A DNA stretch of 64,000 nt from Enoplolaimus lenunculus (taxonomy: Eukaryota): positions 124,001 to 188,000 of the forward strand of contig JASANG010002859.1 of NCBI GenBank assembly GCA_030248215.1, in the 5' to 3' direction. Of the stretch, positions 1 through 13,700 are shown piece after piece. The position numbers and the translations under genes were made by a program. Position 1 is the first letter of the stretch. Each line of letters opens with the position of its first letter. The notes beneath the pieces are model-generated. The model searched no databases, was not told the origin of the DNA, and was given only the letters and a program-made list of their open reading frames with translations.

Positions 1-690
1 TTTTCATTATAGATTTGGCCCCAATGTAAACGAACAGGGGCGAAACAGTATTATAAGCATATTCGTGAGCCTAAGCCCAAGTCTAAGCCTACGCCTAAGT
101 CTAAGCCTAAGCCTAAGCCTAAGCCTAAGCAAAAAATTAGTCTAAAGCTTAAACTGCCTCTATTATAGCCCCTACACAAAACGATCCGACCCTGTTTTAC
201 ACAAGGGTCATAGATTTGGCCAATGTATACGAACGGGGGCGAAACAGTATTATAAGCATATTCCTAAGCCTAAGCCTAAGCTTAAGCGTAAGAATGACTT
301 TATTCAGCCTAAGCCTATACCCAAGCCAAGCAAAAAAATTAGTCTAAAGCTTACTCTTTTCTAGTCCCACAGAAAAACATTCTACCCCTGATCTTTACAT
401 GGGCCAAGACTGGACTGGTACGTTGCGTTGCAGTGAGTTTAAAATTTGAAAAACTATTTGCTGTATATTTGTAAAATTTCATTAATTTCTTTGAGAAATG
501 CGATTTAAGCTGTAATATGACGTTACTGAATTGTCAAGTGCTTCTTTAGTTGGACTGATATTAAGATTTAGCTGTGTTTTAGAACAATAAATTTATAAAC
601 CACGATCCCAAATTTGACTGCAATCTAAATTGTTTTGCAAACTCTACCGTTTGTTCCAACGCCGCTTATACTCATTGCAGAATAAACGTA

Positions 691-942
691 CACTGTAAAT
701 TTCAGTGAGTTGATTTTAACCCAGAATGAGTTATATCACTCAATCTGAGCTAGGACTATCAGAACTCAGAATTCTGATTCAATTCAACTCATTCTAAGTT
801 AATTAATCGACTCAGCCAAAATCAGCTCAACTCAGAGTGAGAATCAACTCAATTCATATTGAGTCAATGCTTAATAATATTTATTCAAAAATAACCAACT
901 CACTAGTTGAGTTGATTAACGAACTCATTACAATTTACAGTG
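691..942. mobile_element. ~252-bp MITE with CACTGTAAAT...ATTTACAGTG termini (CMC-EnSpm-like); representative of more than 20 copies
   Basis: TIRs, internal AACTCA/TGAGTT subrepeats, 2-bp TSD. Other copies at about 3024-3275, 3658-3914, 3992-4243, 4649-4901, 27273-27502, 32666-32917, 33175-33423, 33556-33807, 34447-34698, 35496-35746, 35910-36160, 36364-36618, 45580-45831, 45842-46035, 46743-46995, 47574-47825, 47898-48149, 48348-48576, 55015-55265; truncated at 8033, 23419, 28050. Confidence 0.9.
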
Positions 943-1479
943 TATTATTGATTTACGGAATTTCATTAGAAATGCAGACACCTACTGATTCAGTTTGAAC
1001 TGAACTTTGAAAGATTCGGATTCAAAATAGACAACTCGTCTATCTCCCTCTCTTCGAGTCACTGCAGTAATTAATTCGCAGTTGTTATTATACAGCCTAT
1101 CATGTGATATAAAACCTTTACAGACCGTTGTAAAATGAAACCCATTGTAAATTACCTGTATTCCATGAACTAACCGTTGAAACATGTGCCGAAGCCAAGG
1201 ATTGGGGGGGGCGTCTGGAACAGATTATAAATTGTTTATGGTCTTAAGCAACGAATAATTAACATGGTGGGTCTGTGATGAAAATATGATGTACCATTTG
1301 GCACGTGTGGCCAATATATTTTAATATCGGAATATGAAATGCAGGGTACCAAACCAATTTTTAGGTTATGGACTGAGAGGTGATAAGACCGCTCAGTATT
1401 GTTTCTACTAACCAGACACCTGACATTGATAAAACCCGAACAGTGCCGCATTTTAACCATTTTGGTCACTGTGTTTAAG

Positions 1480-1792
1480 GATACAAAAGATTACAGCTAC
1501 TACGAAACAATCCCATTGGACAATGGCGTGTCGTACCATGGCGAATTTGATTGGTTCAACAACAGCCGTCTCCAAGTAACCGTCGACAAACATACCAATC
1601 CGTTGCCAGAAATCGAACCACGTTTAATCGATTTAGATAGCGAGCCAATCAGCGAATTAGCTATGTCACCAATTGAAGAAATCGAGTTAGCTAATAATGA
1701 TAAAGCAAACGCGTCAAAATCTGACTACCGCGACTATATTAAACAGCTTTCGCTTACACAAAACGACGGAAAAGTGTCAAAAGTTGTCTCTG
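1480..1792 (+). CDS. Gene A exon (DTKDYSYYETIPLDNG...KVVS)
   Basis: TTTAAG acceptor, G|GTAAAA donor, lies within ORF 1399..1830. Confidence 0.7.
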
Positions 1793-4700
1793 GTAAAAGC
1801 TGTTGTGTCGTTATTTTTGAAGGATTTTAGCAGTTTTTGACGAGAGTAAAAATTGTTTTTGTCTTCATATCCTGAGAACTAAGCAATATTTTGTTTGCTA
1901 AAACCATTTTAAGGGTGCATAGTTTCTAACCGTGCGCCATTGGGGGGTCCCTGCAATATTTGTTTGGAGCAGAACGCGTTGTGGTTGTGCGCACAAATCA
2001 GTTCCGCTTAATGACTGTTTGGTAAATGTATTAGTGAAGTAAGAATTCGTGATTTGAACTTAATTGTAAGACATAGTTTGAACCAAAATAAGCGTTTAGG
2101 CTACAATTTTTACTTGAAAGCTTTTAAACTGTACAGGTCAGGGCCGGAGCAGCCACCCCCCATATCCCCCATTTGGAGGGTCACCCTTAAAGGGGCCCGA
2201 CCATAACCGGTTAAAACAAAAACCGTTTAAGTTTTAAAATGCGTCTGGCTTCTCGCTCGCGTTTTTGAGGGCCCCCAGCCTGGAATTTGACGGAAGCCTT
2301 AACCCCTGCCTGCTCCGGCACTGGTACAGGTGCCTATCTTTTAAGCGTTTGGCCGAAATCTGAGCTATCACTTGATTACAGAAATTAACCTATCCGTCAG
2401 AAAAAGCGTTAGCAGTGTAGGTAGGAACCGCGACCTCATACCCTCTATAGTTGAATATATGTCGATTGTATACTGCTAGTTAGCATACAACACAATATGC
2501 ATTGCATATATTGCACATGCACCAGGACAAGCATATCTTACATGCTTAAATGCCACAAATTTCAACAAGATTGTCCTATTTTCGACTGGATACCGTGTTC
2601 AAATCGCAGTAATTTGCCATTGCACTCACGGCAGAGCCCCCATGTCAGTCGTGGTAGGAACCAGGATTTCAGACTATTGTATTAAGCAGCTGTAAAAGCA
2701 GGCATATAGGGGTGGCTCGAGGTTTCAGACTACAGATCCATCATAAGCGAACGTTCTACCGCTGCGCCACGTAGCCCACTCTTCAACTGGTTTTGTTGTT
2801 CACTTATTCGTCGACACGTATGATGTCGGCTGACGTACCACACTGTACGTTTCATATGTTCTATATGCACCTGGACAAGCATGTCTCATATGCTTACAAA
2901 TAAGTGGCGTACTGAGAAATTTGGATTGGGGGGCCGCATTTTGCCAGGTCCGTGCCTCGGGTTTATACCTAAAGGAGAACTTAAACTCATTAGCAGTGAC
3001 CCATCTAATTATTTGGCGGGCTACACTGTAAATTTCAGTGAGTTGATTTTAACTCAGAATGAGTTGAATCACTCAGTCTGAGTTAGGACTATCCGAACTC
3101 AGAATTTTGAATTGATTCAAATCATTCATAGTTAATTAACCAACCCACCCAGAGTCAACTCAACTCAGATTGAGAATCAAATCAACTGTGAGTGAGTTAA
3201 CGTTTACTGATACTAATTCATAAATAACCAACTCGCTAATTGAATTGATTAATCAACTCAATTGAATTAACAGTGTATATGAATCTGATCATACATTCCT
3301 ACTCGGCTCATAGACAAATTAAAGAGTTCTGCGTCTATAAGAGTCCCAGAACGTTTCTTTATTCATGACCTGCACGGTCTAAATCGCCAAACCGGAACTT
3401 CCCCGGGTCAAAAACTTGTGTAACTGTGAAGCTTTGCACAACTTTATTGTCTTTAGTTTCGAACCGATTAGGTTGCGGAATTTGATTATAAATTTTTCCT
3501 TTAAACAGCGCTGCGCGAGCAATAAGATAGGCGTAATTGTTTTGGTATCCAGTTTAAATTATGAAGAACGAATCGATTGCGATTGGGAGGGGTCCGGGGG
3601 CCTCCAATCTCCCCTCTCGGTACACCGTTGTTACAAGCAGAACGCGCTGAAGCACTGCACTGTAAATTCCAATGAGGTAATAAACCAACTCAGACGTAAA
3701 GTTAATTATTACTGAGTTAATAACATTATTCTTTAACTCACTCTAAGTTGAGTTGATTCTCAGTCTGAGAGTTGAGCTTATCCCGGTAGAGTTGACTAAT
3801 TAAACCAGAATGAGTTGTTGAATCAACTCAGAAATATGAGTTCTGACAGTCCTAACTCAGACTGAGCGATTCAACTCATTCTGAGTTATAATCAACTCAC
3901 TGGAATTTGCAGTGTAGCGTCCTAACATAAATTATTTTTCAACTGCAAATTTTACTTTCACCGGCGTAGGAAATATGCTCCTAGGCAAACTACACAGTAA
4001 ATTCCAATGAGTTGATTAATCAATTCAGCTTGCGAATTGGTTAATTCTGAATTAACATCAGTATACATTAACTCGTTCTGAGTTGAGTTGATTCTCACTC
4101 TGAGTTGAGTTGTCTCTGGGTGAATTGGTTAATTAACTCAGAATAAATTGAATGAACTCAAAATTCTGAGTTCTGATAGTCCTAACTCAGTCTGAATGAT
4201 TCAACGCATTCTGAGTCAAAATCAACTCACTGAAATTTACAGTGATACACACGCTGCTGTTGACACCAGCATTGGTCACCATTTCAGCAACAGAGCAACA
4301 ATTTTCGTCAACCTCACAGCCGAATGGAGCCGCGCTGAGCGGCGAGCGTGCATCGCTCCACAACGAACTGAAACGTTATCTGCAACCTGCAGCATCCGAA
4401 AATCATCCGCCCGCGGTGCCGTACGAAATAGAATTTGAAAACGCAATCAAAGCAATCGATGAACAACGAAATATGAATGAATTTGGGTTACACCAAAATG
4501 TTGGCGAATTACATCCGGCGATTGAGCCTGGATATGGAATTAATCCGTTGTATCGTACAGGTAAATCAGTGGTGTAGCGAACGTTTTTGATTGGATAAAC
4601 TGGTAACAAAAACAAACCATTAAAATATTGGGTCTTTAATGCAAGATTACAGTGTAAATTCTAGTGAGTTGATTTTATCTAGGAATGAGTTGAATCACTC

Positions 4701-7700
4701 AATCTGAGTCAAGACTATTAGAACTCATAATTTTGAATTGATACAGTTCAGTCTGAGTTAATTAATCAACTCACACAGACTCAACTCAACTCAGAGTGAT
4801 AATCAGCTCAATTCAGAGTGAGGTAATGTTTACTGATATTAATTCAGAAATAACTAACTCGCTAGCTGAATTGATTAATCAACTCATTGAAATTTATAGT
4901 GCAAACGTGTTGAGAAAGAAAATGGTTTGGAATTTTCCAGAGTGCGTCTATAACTGCTGTCTGGAGCAATTTTACGGTTACAAAATTTTACACCAATTTT
5001 TACTCTTTTTGTTTCGTTTGTATTTTGTATTTTTTCTAGAAAGTTCTGGAAGTGACATCGCTGAAAAGAGTGTCAAAGATAAAATCAAGGTATTTGCGTC
5101 GAAACAAGAATCAAACGATACCTCAACGACAGAACGCAAAAAACCAATTAAAGCTGTTTATAGAAACGAAGAAGATCAACTATTAAGCGGCGAGACAAAC
5201 GGGTAAGTTTAACCTATGAATGCAGTTTACAAGTATACAATGATCGGCCAATGTTAATTTAAGGGGGCGTAACAGTAGATAAAGCGTATTCCTAAGCCTA
5301 AGCCTAAGCGTTGCAAAAATGAATTCCTAAGCCTAAGCCTAAGCAAAAAAATGTAATCTAGAATCTAAACCTACTCTTTTATAGACGACCCATCAGAAAC
5401 CTGAACGACCCTTAAAGTAACATGGGCCGAATGATCAAGGGCCTGACAAGGTTCGCACAACAAATGTTGACAAGCCACCGGTTTACTAGAATTTTACAAG
5501 AAATGGTTCACTGGAAAAAAATTAAACATAGAATACTTATGGTTTTGTAAAATTCATTTCTGGAGACACCCTCTGTCAAGGTGTAAATTTTTGTCTTTAC
5601 CTAAAATTGCCATTGGCAGGGCATAACTTTATTATTTGAGCCACAGTCCTAGCTATCCGCATTTGCATACCAACGTTTTTTGACATTTTTCTTCTGTATA
5701 ATACTCATTGGAGCAGGTAAAGTATTTTTAATGCGAAAGGTATTCATAATTTACGAGAAACAGCAAAATTTTGTTCTCTCTAAAAGCTTAAACTATTAAC
5801 TTGATTTAAGATTAAACTAATCTACCAGTATTTAAACTAACTTTCCAGATGAACTAAACTCACCGGTAGGTTTAATACGCTTAAACTCATTTAAAATCTG
5901 ACATGTTTTCAGCTGTTGAAATATTTACAATTCTAAAGAGAAAATTTACGAGAGAACCTAACGACGAACGGGACAACTTTTTCAGTTGAATCTCAAGGGC
6001 ACAGATGTCAAGATTGAGTTTCTCAAAAATTGGGCCCCTCCTTGAAACTCATGGGTCCAGGGATGTGGGTTATTACTGGCCTTTGTCACATTTGAATTTG
6101 TCTTTTTTCAAGTGTTGTTCGACTGCAACCTGATATATATGCCGACTCGCTGTTTATAAACTGCGTTACGCCAACGCTAGTTTAAAAGGCTAAATTGCAC
6201 CAACTTGTAATACATATACATACATACATATATATAGGCTTTAGTTCTGACCATATGGTTAGCGGAATAGAAATATCAACGAGTTACTTTAACTGATTAA
6301 TTAACTATAATATTGGGGGTAAGAACTAAGGGTAAGTCAATCAAAAAATATGCTTCTGACAGAGTGCAACCGGAGGTGAAAATACTGGACCGGAGCCGGA
6401 AGTCAACGAAACTTGCCGAAGCCTTGAGCCGGAGCCGGAGGTGAGATGAAATTAGGTAGTAAAAATAATGGTTAATTATAGTTAATTTAAGCCAATATCT
6501 ACGATATGTTGTTAAGTTGATTGGTTTTATGCTAGTTTTCTTGCGAAATTTCGGAAATTGTTTCCTGAAAATTGTGACAAAAGCAAAACGAAACGCGCTA
6601 AACAGATAAATTTTGCAAAATTATGCACAATTTTACTTCCGACATTGTCGGAACTTCCGGCAAACATTCTACCGGATCCGCAACCGGAGGCCGATTTTCT
6701 GCCGGAGCCGGCGCCGAAAGCAGAGCTCCGGTTGTACCCTGGACTTCTGGATACGTTTACTCGTTTGTTCTTTTAAGCAAACATAGGATTTTATGGTAAA
6801 TTTAGCTTTAAGTTGAGAATTCACTTAACGTTGAATCAATTTTGGTTTCGGCAAGCAGTCTTTAATCTTCCTAGCTCGATTATTACAATATGAGACCAAC
6901 GGCCAATATATAGAACAGGGTCGGAACAGTAGTATAAACATATTTCTAAGCCTAAGCCTAAGCCTAAGCGTAAGAATGAGCTTATACATAAGCGCCTAAG
7001 CCTAAGCCTGTGCCTAGGCCTAGCAAAAAATTAGTCTAAGGCTTAAGCGTACTCTATTACAGTCACGCCGGAAACCGTTCGACCGCTGTTCTATGCATGG
7101 GCCAGACCAACTTCAATTGTGACATATGCTTCTTGATCCTCTAACTTCAGCTTTAGGCTGGTTTCCTATCAACACTGGTTGTAGATCCTGTAACTTTAGA
7201 ATTTATACCTTATGAAAAGTTCTGCCGATTAAACCTGTTACTGGTTTGTACATAGATTCAGTTGTTTAGTTCGAAAACGTAATTGCCAGCCGCTGATTAA
7301 TTGCAAGAAATATCTCGCATTTCGTATTACAACCTTTAAATTGACTTAAAATTCCACTAAAGGGTCGGCTAATGTATACAAAAAGGCCACAACCGTAGTA
7401 TAAGCTAAATCCTAAGCCTAATAATAAACCTAACACAAACTTATACCTAAACCTAAGCTAAGAATAAGATTATACCTAAGCCTAAGCAGAAAATTCGTCT
7501 AAACTTTAAACTTTATCATAGTTTTGTGGAAAAACGTTCAACTTTTGATCTTTACACGGGCCAAAATATTCAACGTTGGAACTCAGCCATTGTTGTCTTA
7601 TGGGTTGCAATTCAAGTGATGTTTACAGTTTAAATGTTTGTTTAGCAAAACAAATCATTTTGTACTGTATATTCCTCGATTGAAATACAAGTCTCGTCGT

Positions 7701-10700
7701 ATTTTCGAGGTGTAAAATTTGAAATCGACTCCATTATGATAGTATAAAAAGCTAATATTTTGCTATAGATTGTTTGTTGAAAATAGTCTTAGAATGCGTT
7801 TATTTCTGAACGTTTTCTCAATCAGTTGTGTATGCTAAACTGATTTTTGTAGCTGATAATTTTGAAATTGCGGTTGGAAATTCTTTGTTTTGCTTATTTC
7901 ACGCCAAAATAACTCGTTTGTTTGAACCGTGTTTAACGGAAGGGATGATTTCTGCTCGCTTAGGATGAAACCACGACTTATGCTTGATATCAGTGTAGGG
8001 GCTTCATCGTCATGCTGAGGAATTCTCACATACACTGTAAATTTCAGTGAGTAAACTTTAACTCAGAATGATTTGAATCACTCAGTCTGAGTTAGGACTA
8101 TCAGAACTCAGAATTTTGAGTTGATTGAATCGCTTATTTGCATTATTAGCGGATCCAGATGGTCACGTCCTATGTGAAGATCAGGGACGGAACGTTTTTC
8201 GGCGGGCTTGCAATAGAGTACGCTTTAGCTATAGACTATTTTTTGCTTAGGTTTAGGCTCAGGCTTAGTTTTAGGTGTCAGCTGTAATGTCATTCTTACG
8301 CTTAGGCTTGGACTTGGATTTAGGCCTAGGCATGGAATATGCTTATACTACTGTGGAGGCAGTATTCTATACATTGACCAGGGTCGCCAAACCATAGTAC
8401 CCTCACACAATTCAACAAAACATTTTGTTGCAATTTGATGTATCTGGGGTTTGTATCCTTAAAAAATCTGATTCGCTATTCAAATGAGAACTTCTGGCTA
8501 AAGATGACTTTAGGTAGAAGAATAGAATAGATCCAATTGGTCGAGTCTCGTACTAAACTACTTACTGCTGAGATTGTGTGAAAAAATCTGATTCGCATTT
8601 GTGTCGAGATTCAATACATTTAGTGCAAAAAATACGTCTGTTTTGTCGCTCTCTTCACTCGTAAAGTATTGACCAATTAAAAATAAGCGGATCCACGTGA
8701 AACCAACTATAGTATTGTGATTTAAAAACAAAAAATGTGATTGTACTTCTGGACCGTGTAAAGATCAGGGGCGGAACGTTTTTCTGTGGGTCTAGAATAG
8801 AATAAACTTAAGCTTTAGACGAATTTTTTCCTTGGGTTAGGTTTAGGCTATGGTTTAGGTTTAGGAATAAGCTTATAATACTGTTCCGCCCGTGTTCTTT
8901 ACATTGGCTGTATTTCTTGATCTTTCTCTTCGCGAGATTTCGTTCGTTATATTTTGCAATGTAAATTTATGGATCCATCACTGTCGCAGTCCCCAGGTCG
9001 AAAATTTCTGCTTCAGAATTAAAATCCTGGCTGCGCATATTATTCAGACCCGTAGCCCGATCACCTCACTAGGAGTGGCTAAAAATTTTTCATCAGGAGC
9101 ATTCAAGGGTTTTCAATGAGTTACAAGCAAAGTTGAAAACATTCTGGAGGGGAGGCAAAATTTTCCAGTAGGAGCTGAGCCTCCCCCTGCCCCCCCTTGG
9201 TTACGGGGCCCGGTATAATCACAAACCCACAAGCACTAGTTTGACCATGAGTTTTATTAAAATATTTTGTTGCGCCATAAAATTTCACTGTGCACCCCCA
9301 GTTTAAAGTTTAACGCCGATACCCCTGTGTTAGTCCTCAGGGCCAACTCTGGTACGATTCTAGACGCGTTACAATACATACTTTCTCAAACACAATAAAC
9401 CATCCAAAGGTTCATGTGTGACGCCAAAATTACCCGACGTTCAAACTCCTGTAAGAATAGTGTAAATTTTACCGATTGACCACATACCGGTTTTGTTTGG
9501 TTTTCGAGGGTAGAACGAGTGAATTCCCCCCTCATTATTCTCTCTGGGCTACGCACCTGATCTAAAACGATGTATATATTTTCAGATCCAATATAACACA
9601 GAAAGACGTCTACTCGGCACCAAACTCGCTTGAGGCGAATATCCCTGATTGGCGCTCTCCGTACTCACCTGAGTTGCACTACCCATCGACGAACGTGATT
9701 CAACATTCAACTGCAAAAGCAACAACATCGCATTCAGAATACTTATACGGCATCAACGAATCAATTTCATCGTTAGCATCGGTCAAAGAATTCGTCCGAA
9801 CATTTGACGAGAATCCCAGCAATACAACTGAAGATATGCCCGAACTGCAGCTGAATGGACGTTCGTCGACGGAACGTCAAACGTTTTACGGATCAAAAAC
9901 GCCGAAATTTCATTTGGCTGTACGACAAACGGAGCAAACTGACAGTAATGAGAACAAGTGGACGAGCCAAAAACGTAGCGTTTTGGATGAATTAATTCAA
10001 AGCGGAGCGAGAAATGGGATGACGAAGGAATTTTACGCAGACGAGTTCGATAATCAACACGGCACAGATCAAAGAAACTACCGCAACGCGTTGAATGAAG
10101 CGCTGAACGAGGCGAAAATATCGAAAATTGACAATGGAACAAGCTACGAAGAAAGCTCTGACGACAACATTCTGACCGATCCATTAAATATAAGCCGAAA
10201 TTTGAATGCAAAACAAACAACAAACGTCGAAGAACACTCCTACAGCTCCCAAAATTGGCGAGAGGGGTCTGAATGGCGCGACAAAGATGATAAAATTAAA
10301 TCTGAGCGACAGCCTGGAAAACTGGTAGACCAGTATCGCAAATCAATTGAAAACGCACTGGCTGAAGAACGTTCCACGACGGCAAAACAACGCTTGTTTC
10401 CGAAACAAATTTCGAAAAATTACGCGAATTCAAAGCTTGAAAGTAACGAAGAAAATGTGGTAAACTACGAACGAAATGGTACAACGATGAAGACTGAAGG
10501 GTACAGTATACGGAGTGGCGAAAATGGCGAAATACGCAAAGACAGCTTGGCAGATGATTACAGGCCAGCAGGTAAGGAGCTTTTATATTTGGCATCAAAA
10601 TTATTTTAATCGGTTTATTGTACGACCAGTTGGCCAATGTAAAGAACAGGGGCGGAACAGTATTATAAGCATATTCCTAAGCCTAGGCCTAAGCGTAACA

Positions 10701-13700
10701 ATGAGTTTATTCCTAAGCCTAAGACAAAGCCTAAGCCTAAGCGTAACAATGAGTTTATTCCTAAGCCTAAGCCTAAGCCTAAGCCAAAGCGCAACAATGA
10801 GTTTATTCCAAAACCTAAGCCTAAGCCTAACCCAAGCAAATAAATTAGTCTATAAAGCTTAAACTTTCTCTATTGCAGTCCCACAGAAAAACTTTGCGCC
10901 CGTGATCTTTACATGGGCCGACCTGTGTTGACTGCAACAACGACACCAGAATATCAAGCTGATCGAACGGCTTTGACTTTAGTGTAGCGTTCTGAAACAG
11001 CCATCATTAACGTAAATACTAAATAAAATATTGTATTTCGCTGGGAAAACGTTATTCAGAACGCTGAAACTATCAAACTTATACTGAAGATTTCCAAGCT
11101 TAATTTTGGATAATTTTTAAGCGTCTATAAATGTATTTTTATTTTCGTGAATAATTTCAATTTGCGAATTAACTTGGGTTTATGATCTTCGGGTAACAAT
11201 GAAATGTGTACCGGTAGCAACAAAAGCCGTTTAAGCATACAAAACCTGCCAACTCTGCCAGCTTTTATAAGTAACAGGTTAGTGTTTTGAACAGTATTGT
11301 TTTGTTCTGATAAGTACTAAGTGATTTGGGCATTTTCCGTTTTTGACTGAATTTACGTTCATTTTTGCCTCAGAGTTTTAGATTTAAGTTTAGTAAAAGA
11401 CTTTTCTTTGTCTGAACGCAAGTTTGAACCTTTGTTTCAACTTATAGTCGAGTTTAAGCTTCAGACTTGGTCTAAACTTTAACATTACAACAGAGTCGAT
11501 GGCTGGATTTCTGAAACACTACTTAAGCATCACTTGGTACTAAAGTACGTGCTAAGTAACTACTTAGCCATTTTGTCGTTTTTACAAGCGTATTTAAGTT
11601 AAGTAAATACTTAAGCCGCTGACTAAATGTGATAGATTACTAGTTAACCGTGCAGACATACAGACCTTGGTCCAACTGAAATTGCAAATTCGCGGTGCTT
11701 CCATATTAATATAAATCAAAACTATTACTTTTTGTTATGACAATGGTTCACATTTGGCGTTTACCTGTTTTGTTCGAAAAGTTAAGTATTTACTTAAGTC
11801 GCCGACTTAAGTACTTACTTACGTATAACTTAATTAAACGCTTAAGTAAGATTTCAGAAACTCAGTCAATATTTTTGCGTCAAACGACAATTTTGCAAGC
11901 TGTTCAATTTACAGTAAAATTAAATTTTTATGTTAATTTTAGTACCACGGCGTTCGAGCAGCCTCCACAGTTCAGCAGTTGTCTCGGATCCACGGCCACT
12001 TCGAGATGCGTTGAACCGTGAAATTCATCAACATTACACTCGACGTCAAAATGGCGTTCAAATTGGAGAGCACGCGAGCAGGCGACCGCCAGCATTTCAG
12101 ACCGGGATTCGAGTTCGAAAAGTCGACGAAGCCCCGGTGAAATACGAAAACGAAGCCGACCGTGGCGAAAAACGCGTGTCACTGATGGATTTAGCCGAAG
12201 AATTGATGGATAAACAACAACAAAAGATGAAAGGCACATCACGAGTACGTAGAACCCAATTGAGGGCTCCAGTAAAAAACATTTAAGGTTAAAGATCAGG
12301 CACAGAAGTAGGTTTTGACAACGGTTAAGCTTCAGCAATGGTACGAGCTCAAATTGTTTTGCCCACCCCGTTTGATGGTTGAACTAGCTACGGACCTGAT
12401 TTCACCTAATTTAAACAAAAAATATTGCGTTTGCAAGTACATTTTATCGTATTAAACGTAATGTTATGTTGGCATACTTTAAAGGGCATCCAGGTTTCGG
12501 GTGGATCTATAAAATAATAGGTTCAGATTTTAGATTACATTTTTTGCTAAGACGTAGGCTGAGGCTTAGGCTTAGGCTTTGGAACGCATTTTTGCATCGC
12601 TTAGGCTTAGGTTTAGACGTATGAATGCGCTTAATCATCTGTTACGCTCCTTAAAGTTAGCCGTTATGTTTATGAATACCAAGCGTTGCATCAGCACTTC
12701 TTAACCTGTGTGTTATTAGGACGAAAGCGAGCAATGGAGATCGAAAAACATTGAAACCATCCAACTCGTTAAGACAACAGCAAACGACTACAACAGTGAT
12801 TTGTCATCAACCGGAGTTCGTCAACTGAAACAAGGATTTGAAGCACGGCATCAACACGCGGCTAACAGTAAGCATTGGAAAATTTGTGCAATGTATGGAA
12901 CAGGTCCCATACAATAGTGAGAATCCTAAGCCTGAGCTTACAGATGGATGTAGTCCCAAGCGAACCGTAGCTAAGTGACGACCAAAATCCTGTAAATTTG
13001 TTTAAATATTTAATGCATTTATCAAGGCCAACTCACTGGCAGTGGGTAAATTTTCTCACGTCTTAAGGTTGCGCTGTAGGTTTGTTGACGTCCGGAGCCG
13101 TCAGTCAGCCGTCCGGCGCCGTTCATGGCCGTAGTAAGAAAGGGTAGCGCGGAACTTGGGCCCCTAAACGAATTTTAGGCCCTCTACAAAATTTTCAACG
13201 TTGCTTGTAAGTCATCGGAAACCTTATTTCGCCCCTTGTTAAAAAATGTTTAGCTCCTTAGCAAGGTGAGTTGACTACGGGCCTGATTCAGATCAAAATT
13301 TGATAAAAAATTACACGAAGAATTGACAAATTAGGCAAACCATTAATCCCTTCTCACGTTGAGTTGCCCATAGGCAACGCAGCGCAATGTATATACGTCA
13401 AATAATATATAACGCACAGTGTTGAACAATTGCACTACATATACATAGTACTAAATCACCACAAGACGTGAGAGTCCCCTCGGGCTCGAGCGTCAAGCTC
13501 CTATAGCTGAGTAGTGATGGTAAACGCCTCCCACTCCAGTCACTGGAATTCGAATCCTAGCATAAAAGTAGGTCTCAGGGGAAATAGAAAATATTCATGT
13601 GATAAAAGGTTAAGTATTTGTCGCCGATCTGCGGCAAGCAACTTTGGTATAAGCAAATGTAAAATCGACCAGCATATGCCTTAATTTTGGCCGCAACAAG

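Noticed and set aside
5913..5984. Possible extra exon VEIFTILKRKFTREPNDERDNFF after TTTTCAG
   Set aside because: Phase 1-1 is incompatible with the surrounding phase-2 intron, the donor is weak, and a stop follows.
9783..10637. Antisense/alternate-frame ORFs over gene A exons (also 4403..4615, 11928..12338, 25417..25626, 29487..29738)
   Set aside because: Shadows of real coding exons, with no independent splice or homology support.
13495..13562. Functional tRNA gene
   Set aside because: A/B-box-like motifs are present, but I could not form an acceptor stem or anticodon arm, and the segment lies within a repeated element.
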